Below, piece by piece: positions 57,679 to 64,000 of a stretch of DNA of 64,000 nt (position 1 is the first letter of the stretch; each line of letters starts with the position of its first letter). Position numbers and translations under genes: made by a program. Under the pieces are notes generated by a model, which was given only the letters and a program-made list of their open reading frames with translations, was not told the origin of the DNA and made no database searches. The DNA is from Candidatus Omnitrophota bacterium (lineage in GTDB: Bacteria > Omnitrophota > Gorgyraeia > Zapsychrales > Fredricksoniimonadaceae): contig JBGAJA010000002.1 in NCBI GenBank assembly GCA_044225175.1, forward strand, positions 82,917 to 146,916. Direction: 5' to 3'.

Positions 57679-58989
57679 TTATTTATCTTCTTTGAGCTTT
57701 TTAAATCGTTCTTTAATTTTAGCTTCATAGCCTTGATTGGTGGGCTCATAGAAAGTAGCTTGAATTGGCATATACTCTTGGAAAACATAGTGGTTAGGAT
57801 AATCATGAGCATATTTGTATCCCTCTCCATGTCCCAATTTATGGGCCCCTTTATAATGAGCATCTTTCAAATGTTTGGGTACAGAAGCTATTTTTTTAGT
57901 CTTAACTTCATCTAAAGCTTTATCAATTCCTAAGTAGACTGCATTGGATTTAGGCGCACAAGCAACATATACCGCTGCTTGAGCTAAGATGATTCTAGCC
58001 TCTGGAAGTCCAACAAATTCAGTAGCTTGCATCGCTGATGTAGCAAGAACCAGGGCTTGGGGATCAGCATTACCCACATCTTCACTGGCGCAAATAACAA
58101 TTCTTCGAGATATAAATCGTGGGTCTTCCCCGGCATAGATCATCTTGGCCATCCAATACAATGTGGCATCTGGGTCAGATCCTCGCATGGATTTAATGAA
58201 AGCTGAGATGGTGTCATAGTGTTCATCGCCAGAGGCATCATACTGCACTTGTTTTTTTTGTATGCTTTCTTCTATTGTTTGAATATTTAAAACTATTTGT
58301 CCTTTGGCGTTCTTTGGAGTTGTAAGTGCAGCAATCTCAAGGGTATTCAGAGCTTTTCTGGCATCTCCATCACAAATATTGGCCAGAAACTCAAGCGCAT
58401 CCTCTTTAGCGTCAATATTTAAAAATCCGATGCCTTTTTCCTTATCTATAAGAGCTCTATGCAACACCGTAAGAATGTCTTCTTTCGTCAAAGCTTCAAG
58501 TTCAAAGACCAGTGAACGAGAAAGGAGCGGAGAGACAAGGGCAAAGAAGGGATTAAAAACTGTGGCACCAATAAGAATAATGTTTCCCTCTTCAATATCT
58601 GGCATGAGCACATCTTGTTGGGCTTTATTGAAACGATGGATTTCATCGATAAACAATAGTGTCTTTCTTCCACTCATGCTCCGTCGCTGCTGGGCGCCTG
58701 CAATGATCTTTCTCATTTCATCCACATTGGAAGAAACTGCATTAATTCTCTCGAAATGTGACTGGGTTTTCTGAGAAATACATAAAGCAAGGGTCGTTTT
58801 ACCTGAACCTGGAGGGCCGTAGAGAATGATTGAAGAGACACGGTCTGATCCTATCGCCCGCGTTAAAAGTTTTCCTTCTCCTAAGATATGTTTTTGCCCA
58901 ACATACTCTTCTAAAGTTTGTGGACGCATACGAGCTGCTAAAGGAGAGTCTTTGATTAAATTTTCTGAGGAAGTAAAAAGGTCTGACAT
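57679..58989 (-). CDS. rarA: Replication-associated recombination protein A (MgsA)
   Basis: PLAARMRP, GPPGSGKT, DEIHRFNKAQQD and ISAFIKSMRGSDPDA motifs. Confidence 0.96.
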   Translation of the reverse strand: MSDLFTSSENLIKDSPLAARMRPQTLEEYVGQKHILGEGKLLTRAIGSDRVSSIILYGPPGSGKTTLALCISQKTQSHFERINAVSSNVDEMRKIIAGAQQRRSMSGRKTLLFIDEIHRFNKAQQDVLMPDIEEGNIILIGATVFNPFFALVSPLLSRSLVFELEALTKEDILTVLHRALIDKEKGIGFLNIDAKEDALEFLANICDGDARKALNTLEIAALTTPKNAKGQIVLNIQTIEESIQKKQVQYDASGDEHYDTISAFIKSMRGSDPDATLYWMAKMIYAGEDPRFISRRIVICASEDVGNADPQALVLATSAMQATEFVGLPEARIILAQAAVYVACAPKSNAVYLGIDKALDEVKTKKIASVPKHLKDAHYKGAHKLGHGEGYKYAHDYPNHYVFQEYMPIQATFYEPTNQGYEAKIKERFKKLKEDK

Positions 58990-59021
58990 GTAAGAACCTG
59001 CCTTAGGTGGAGTTCTAATAA

Positions 59022-59052
59022 CTTAGGCATCCTTGGGATAAGGATGCCTAAG
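59022..59052. terminator. Perfect 13-bp hairpin downstream of the 6S RNA
   Basis: CTTAGGCATCCTT-GGGAT-AAGGATGCCTAAG. Confidence 0.55.
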
Positions 59053-59064
59053 ATTTTACAACTT

Positions 59065-59218
59065 AAAATCCCGCCTCTGCCGTTGGATTGGTGTATGAGA
59101 AACCATCTTTCTCAAGGGGGCATCAGTGTGTCCTGCCAAAGGCACGGAATCAAGAACCAACGCCCTATGTATTATTTGTGGTTAAATACATCCAACCCTG
59201 ACGCACAGCGCAGGATAA
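59065..59218 (-). ncRNA. ssrS: 6S RNA (candidate)
   Basis: Long imperfect rod: the 5' ATCCTGCGCTGT..GTTGGAT pairs with the 3' ATCCAAC.GCAG.GCGGGAT, with a central A-rich bubble. Synteny pheT..ygfA-rny is typical of 6S RNA. Confidence 0.72.
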
Positions 59219-59223
59219 AAATA

Positions 59224-59487
59224 TTAATCACATACGGTGTTGTTGTTATTGTTGTTGCCATTTCCCCAGAAACAACCAAGCCCTAGAGGATTAGGACCTG
59301 GATTCAAATCTTTCCATGTCCATTTTGGAGTACCATCATCATTCGCTGGTGCTTTTTTTTCTACATCTGGTTTTTTACTTTTTTTGCATGGGCCGCCTTT
59401 ACTGCCGACACACGCCATTGAGGAGGAAGGAAAAACTAAAGCAATACTGACTGCAGCAACAAAAAACAAACTTAGTACTTTTCTCAT
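59224..59487 (-). CDS. Small secreted protein, Cys/Lys/Asn-rich
   Basis: AAGGAG RBS; signal peptide ending SMA; four Cys; poly-Asn tail. Confidence 0.6.
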   Translation of the reverse strand: MRKVLSLFFVAAVSIALVFPSSSMACVGSKGGPCKKSKKPDVEKKAPANDDGTPKWTWKDLNPGPNPLGLGCFWGNGNNNNNNTVCD

Positions 59488-59655
59488 TTTGTTCTCCTTG
59501 GGGTTGTCCTTATCGCTAAACGAAAAAGGAATCCTTCATTACTACGGTGGGATAACTCAAAAACATCCAGCTATTCTAGTCAGACTTTGCTACCTTATAA
59601 GTTTAGTTTTTCTTTGTCAAGAAATTTTAGTTTTGAGGTGTTTTTAGTAAAATTT

Positions 59656-61680
59656 TTAACGACGGGTTGCTTTTAAATCTTTAATGAGAGCTTGAATAAT
59701 GCGCTCATAGCTGGAAGATACTTCCTCTTCTCGCAGGGTTTGTTTGTGACTTTGGTAAATCAAAGAGAAAACCAAAGATTTTTGATCAGGAGAAATTTTA
59801 TCACCCGTGTATTGCTCAATGAATTGAATACTTCTAAGAATATCTCCACCATTTTGACGACAAATAGTTTCAATCTCTTTGTATGATGTTTCTTTTCCAA
59901 TCGCTAAGGATACGTCACGCGTAACTGCGGGGAACTCAACTAACGGTTCATATTTAGTAGTCGTCTTAGGTAAACAGAGAATTTCTTCCAAATGAATACT
60001 GGCAAAATAGACGTCTTGATTCTTGATCTCCCAATTAGTCAGAATTTGTTTGTTCACTTTTCCCAAAAATCCGATTTCTTTTCCTTTAAAAAAAACACTG
60101 GATGAACAGGACTCTTCTAAAATATGTGATTGATTTGGCTTGATTTCGACATTCACATTTAAAGAACGACATACATTTTCAAGGACGCCCTTTAAATCGA
60201 AAATCTCTACATTTTCTTTTCGAGAAATACGCCAGTCTTCGCTTCGTCGACCGGTCATAATAATTGCCAGAGTTTCTTTCTCGCCATTTTTTGAGTATCT
60301 TTTACCTATTTCAAAAATCTTAAGATCCCTTTGTCCTCGGTTAAAATTAGTTAGAGTTACGTTTAAAAGCGAAGGCAAAAGGGATGGTCGTTTGAATTCT
60401 TGTTCCGTCGTCAGAGGATTGTAAACTCGAAGGGCCTTCACATCTTGGTACATGCATTTCTCAATGTCTTTTGCACTTAGCATAGATAAAGTCACCGCTT
60501 CATTTAAACCTGATGCCAGAAGTATTTGTCGAATTAGTTTCTTTAGCTTAATGGGCCTGTCGCTAATTGTGACGTTTTTTGCCTTAATATGAGGGAGGCT
60601 CGTGGGAAGACGATCAAACCCTATAATACGGGCAACTTCTTCAATCAAATCAACCGTTTCTTTGACATCTCCTCGGAAACTTGGAGGTGTGACCATCAAC
60701 ACATTTTTAGAAGAAGAAATCTTAAATTCTAGATTAACCAAAATCGTTTTAATTTGTGCTAAAGAAACTTTGTGACCCAAGAGACTTTCCACATCTTGGG
60801 ATGTTATTTTGATCGATTTAGAAGTACGCTTAGCACCATATGCTGCATCTGTGCGAAAAGCCAGATGACCATGGGTTAAATCCAACAATAGATCTGTAGC
60901 ACGGTTGGCTCCCATTAAAACGCCATCAAAATCCACATTACGTTCAAATCGATAAGAAGAATCGCTTCGAAGCCCTAATTTTCGAGAGGCACGTCGAATA
61001 AGAGTCATGTCAAAATGTGCACTTTCAAGAAGGATGTTCTTGGTAAGCTCTGTTACTTCTGTTTCTTTTCCTCCCATGAGCCCTGCAATCGCAATTGGTT
61101 TTCTTACATCTGCTATCACTAAAATCGTTGGATCTAATGTTCTTTCAATTCCATCAATCGTAATAATCTTCTCTCCTTGCTTGGCTCGACGCACGATGAC
61201 CCTTCCGCCTTCGATCTTATCGTAATCAAATACATGCAAAGGTTGACCCGTTTCCATCAACACAAAATTGGTAATATCGACAGCATTGCTGATGGATGTA
61301 ATTCCCAAAGCATTGATGCGTTCTTGAATAGGTTGAGGTGAGTATGTGATGTTAGTATTAGTAATTAGTGTTGCGATATAACGACTGCAGTCTTTCTTAT
61401 CTTCAATGGAGATAGAAATCTTATTCTTAGTTGGCTTATGTGCTTTAATCTTTGGGGAGTTCACCTTGCGTGAACTAATTGCACCTATCTCACGAGCAAG
61501 TCCTAAAATATTTAAACAGTCGGGTCTATTAGGGGTAATTTCAAGTTCAAAGACAGTGTCTTTTCCATGAAGTTCCACACCCTCAACTTCCCATCCTGCC
61601 ATGACGAGACGAGTAGTTAAATCGTCTGTCGATAGCTTTGGGTCAATATAATCTTTTAACCAATTGAGGGATAATTTCAT
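59656..61680 (-). CDS. pheT: Phenylalanine--tRNA ligase beta subunit (short form)
   Basis: MKLSLNWL, ITPNRPD, GQPLHVFD, DLIEEVARIIG and FPAVTRDVS motifs. Start at ATG 61680. Confidence 0.95.
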   Translation of the reverse strand: MKLSLNWLKDYIDPKLSTDDLTTRLVMAGWEVEGVELHGKDTVFELEITPNRPDCLNILGLAREIGAISSRKVNSPKIKAHKPTKNKISISIEDKKDCSRYIATLITNTNITYSPQPIQERINALGITSISNAVDITNFVLMETGQPLHVFDYDKIEGGRVIVRRAKQGEKIITIDGIERTLDPTILVIADVRKPIAIAGLMGGKETEVTELTKNILLESAHFDMTLIRRASRKLGLRSDSSYRFERNVDFDGVLMGANRATDLLLDLTHGHLAFRTDAAYGAKRTSKSIKITSQDVESLLGHKVSLAQIKTILVNLEFKISSSKNVLMVTPPSFRGDVKETVDLIEEVARIIGFDRLPTSLPHIKAKNVTISDRPIKLKKLIRQILLASGLNEAVTLSMLSAKDIEKCMYQDVKALRVYNPLTTEQEFKRPSLLPSLLNVTLTNFNRGQRDLKIFEIGKRYSKNGEKETLAIIMTGRRSEDWRISRKENVEIFDLKGVLENVCRSLNVNVEIKPNQSHILEESCSSSVFFKGKEIGFLGKVNKQILTNWEIKNQDVYFASIHLEEILCLPKTTTKYEPLVEFPAVTRDVSLAIGKETSYKEIETICRQNGGDILRSIQFIEQYTGDKISPDQKSLVFSLIYQSHKQTLREEEVSSSYERIIQALIKDLKATRR

Positions 61681-61690
61681 ATAAATTATT

Positions 61691-61720
61691 GTAGAGGCGG
61701 ACACATAGGTCCTCCCCTAC
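61691..61720. repeat. Degenerate REP between pheS and pheT
   Basis: GTAGAGGCGGAC..GTCCTCCCCTAC. Confidence 0.6.
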
Positions 61721-61722
61721 GA

Positions 61723-62733
61723 TTAAAATTGTTTCAAAAACCTCACATCGTTCTCATAAAACAAACGAATGTCATTAATGCCATATTTGAGCATAGCCAT
61801 GCGTTCAATACCCATACCAAAAGCAAATCCAGTATATTTGCCCTTAGGATAACCTACTGATTCAAAAACCTTTGGATGAATCATTCCACATCCTAGGATT
61901 TCTAACCACTTTTTTTTGCCAATTCCAAGGGTCTCTGCAGAGATATCCACTTCGGCTGAAGGTTCGGTAAAAGGAAAAAAGTGAGGGCGAAAACGCATTT
62001 TCACATCTGGGCCAAAAAAACGACGACAGAATTCTGTGAGAAGGCCTTTTAAATCTGCAAATTGAATTTTTTCATCAACTAAAAATCCTTCCAGTTGATG
62101 AAACATAAAGGAGTGACTTGCATCCACAGCATCTGGTCGATACACACGACCAGGAACAATAACGGCCATGGGTGGTTTATGTTCCTTCATAATCCGAATC
62201 TGACCAGGAGATGTGTGACTTCGAAGCAAGAGCCTTCGTCCCTTTGCTGTTGGATCTTCTTGATCAACATAAAATGTATCAAAAGAATCTCGAGAAGGAT
62301 GATCTAAAGGAATATTAAGTCCGGTGAAATTATGAAATTCTGTTTCAATTTCTGGCGTATCGACAATTGCAAAACCAAGTTTTTCAAATACATCTGAAAT
62401 TTCATCAATGGTTTGAGTCAAAAGATGTTGATGACCAAGCGGTAGGGCTGTGCCAGGAAGAGAAATATCGATATAATCTTTTTTGCTAGTTATTGTTGCT
62501 GCGACATTAGACTTTTCTTCAATTAGACGTGTGACAAGAGCCCGCAAATCATTGGCTCCTTTTCCAATAGCCCCCTTATCTTGAGGAGCCGCTGTTGAAA
62601 GTGAAGCAAAAATTTCTGCGACAACTCCTTTTTTTCCTAAATATTTAAGACGGAAAGCTTCTAAACTCTTAGCATCAGAAATGCTTTGGGCTTCTTGTGT
62701 CGCTTGTTGTTGGATTTGATTGAAATCGTGCAT
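61723..62733 (-). CDS. pheS: Phenylalanine--tRNA ligase alpha subunit
   Basis: LRSHTSP, FHQLEG, FPFTEPSAE and GFAFGMGIER motifs. Confidence 0.97.
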   Translation of the reverse strand: MHDFNQIQQQATQEAQSISDAKSLEAFRLKYLGKKGVVAEIFASLSTAAPQDKGAIGKGANDLRALVTRLIEEKSNVAATITSKKDYIDISLPGTALPLGHQHLLTQTIDEISDVFEKLGFAIVDTPEIETEFHNFTGLNIPLDHPSRDSFDTFYVDQEDPTAKGRRLLLRSHTSPGQIRIMKEHKPPMAVIVPGRVYRPDAVDASHSFMFHQLEGFLVDEKIQFADLKGLLTEFCRRFFGPDVKMRFRPHFFPFTEPSAEVDISAETLGIGKKKWLEILGCGMIHPKVFESVGYPKGKYTGFAFGMGIERMAMLKYGINDIRLFYENDVRFLKQF

Positions 62734-62738
62734 AAATT

Positions 62739-62766
62739 AAAAAGCCCCGCGCCAAGGCGGGGCTTT
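62739..62766 (-). terminator. Intrinsic terminator after rplT
   Basis: AAAGCCCCGC..GCGGGGCTTTTT on the minus strand. Confidence 0.7.
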
Positions 62767-62781
62767 AAATTGACTCTTAAA

Positions 62782-63246
62782 CTAAGCCTTGGCTTTCGCT
62801 GTCTTCTTAGTTGTTTTTACTGTGACATTACCTTTGTTATTTGTTGTTGCTGATTTTGGTCTTTTTGCAACCTTAACTTCTTTTTTAGCTGCGGCCGGTG
62901 CATTTTTCGCTGTTTCAACGATTTGGTTGAATGCTTCTGGTGCGCTAATTGCTAATTCGGATAAGACTCTACGATCAAGTTCAATATTGGATCTTTTTAA
63001 ACCGCTGATAAAACGGCTGTATGAAATACCTGCTTCGCGGCAAGCCGCATTTAAACGGATGATCCAAAGAGCACGAAATTCGCCCTTTTTCTTTCTACGA
63101 TCATAAAATGAGTATTGACGTGAGCTCATCAAAGACTTGATGGCTTCTTTATATCTTTTAGAACGATCGCCCCACTGACCGCGGGCTTCCTTCATAATCT
63201 TCTTTTTTCTCTTATGAGAATAAACGTTTGTTTTAATTCGTACCAT
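62782..63246 (-). CDS. rplT: 50S ribosomal protein L20 with a Lys/Ala-rich C-terminal tail
   Basis: FRALWIIRLNAA, SYSRFISGL and LDRRVLSELA motifs. Confidence 0.96.
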   Translation of the reverse strand: MVRIKTNVYSHKRKKKIMKEARGQWGDRSKRYKEAIKSLMSSRQYSFYDRRKKKGEFRALWIIRLNAACREAGISYSRFISGLKRSNIELDRRVLSELAISAPEAFNQIVETAKNAPAAAKKEVKVAKRPKSATTNNKGNVTVKTTKKTAKAKA

Positions 63247-63451
63247 ATGGCAACAACCTCCTCATACGCTTTGAATCAGCAGGTGAAAGATATCCATCTT
63301 TTCGCAACTGACGCTTATGCTTGCGTGTTTTTTTAGTAAGAATGTGCTGACGACCTGCACTGCGTTTTTTCAAAAGACCTGTTTTGGTCATACGCAAACG
63401 CTTCGCCGCGCTTTTGTTTGTTTTTAATTTTCCTTTTCTACCGATTGCCAT
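63233..63451 (-). CDS. rpmI: 50S ribosomal protein L35
   Basis: KLKTNKSAAKR and HILTKK motifs; lies between infC and rplT. Confidence 0.95.
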   Translation of the reverse strand: MAIGRKGKLKTNKSAAKRLRMTKTGLLKKRSAGRQHILTKKTRKHKRQLRKDGYLSPADSKRMRRLLPYGTN

Positions 63452-63487
63452 ACTTGACCGTCCTTTTGTTGGAACGACGTTTTAACG

Positions 63488-64000
63488 TCATTTTTCTGAT
63501 GCTTTTGGAGCCAATACCATCCAAACAATGCGTCCTTCAGCTGAAGGCTCTTTTTCAATGATAGAATGCTCTGCTGTCTTTGCAATAACTTTATCCAGAA
63601 CAGCTTTCCATTGATCTCTGAATGACATTTCTCTTCCTTGAAACACTAAATTAATCTTAACCTTGTCCTTCTTGCTTAAAAAGCTAATGGCCTGTTTCAT
63701 TTTAGTATCCAGGTCATGATCATCAATGTGCGGTTTGATACGAATCTGTTTTAAATGAGTGACATGCTGATTCTTCTTAACTTTACGTTCTTTTTTCTCT
63801 TGATCATATTTATATTTACTGAAGTCAATGATTCTGCAAACTGGTGGTGCTGCCGTTGGTGCAACTTCCACTAAGTCTAATTCATATTCATTGGCAAGTT
63901 CTAAAGCTCTTTGAATGGTGACGACGCCCAATTGTTCTGAGTTAGGGCCAATCACCCGTAATTCTTTGGAACGAATCTGATTATTAATACGGATATTCTT
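63488..64000 (-). CDS. infC: Translation initiation factor IF-3 (start lies beyond the right edge)
   Basis: RINNQIR..RVIG, LDLVEVAP..PPVCRIIDFSKYKY; the frame stays open to the window end. Confidence 0.95.
   Translation of the reverse strand, partial: KNIRINNQIRSKELRVIGPNSEQLGVVTIQRALELANEYELDLVEVAPTAAPPVCRIIDFSKYKYDQEKKERKVKKNQHVTHLKQIRIKPHIDDHDLDTKMKQAISFLSKKDKVKINLVFQGREMSFRDQWKAVLDKVIAKTAEHSIIEKEPSAEGRIVWMVLAPKASEK

Noticed and set aside
4654-61720. Palindromic repeats as a CRISPR array
   Set aside because: They are dispersed, differ in sequence, have no regular spacers, and no cas genes are present.
4227-63106. Many other 60-160 aa ORFs overlapping well-supported genes (e.g. 43502..43942, 52656..53099, 58304..58774)
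   Set aside because: Antisense or off-frame shadows with no recognisable motifs.

Overview
AT-rich bacterial chromosome segment, mostly minus-strand. The lineage is probably Omnitrophota-like, inferred only from the giant-protein family. The left ~19 kb is a nitrogen-assimilation island: partial glutamine-dependent nadE, a class I glutamine amidotransferase, type III glnA, two tandem amtB-glnK operons, two large paralogous exported proteins and a GAF-GAF-ANTAR regulator. Four leaders in the island (glnA, amtB1, amtB2 and the 1852-aa gene) share one design: a sigma70 promoter, short hairpins with (A/G)NNGNN-type loops, and one or two intrinsic terminators whose 5' arm is overlapped by a hairpin. 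This is a complete candidate ANTAR antitermination regulon. The two large proteins share an N-terminal domain and a C-terminal GGID motif but carry different cargo bounded by D-x-A-M linkers; one cargo is an internal GlmS-like Ntn/SIS enzyme. The middle holds complex I split into convergent nuoJKLMN and nuoABCDEFGHI blocks. Between them lie a RAYT transposase, a sirtuin, a deleted yhcG gene and stress/ABC genes. Diverse GTAG-type REP palindromes are scattered through the window, several in frame inside genes. The right part is housekeeping: mrp, sucCD, HD-GYP and PilZ genes, tRNA-Gln, gltX, ymdB, rny, ygfA, rarA, 6S RNA, pheST, rplT, rpmI and partial infC. No CRISPR array, rRNA or prophage was seen.
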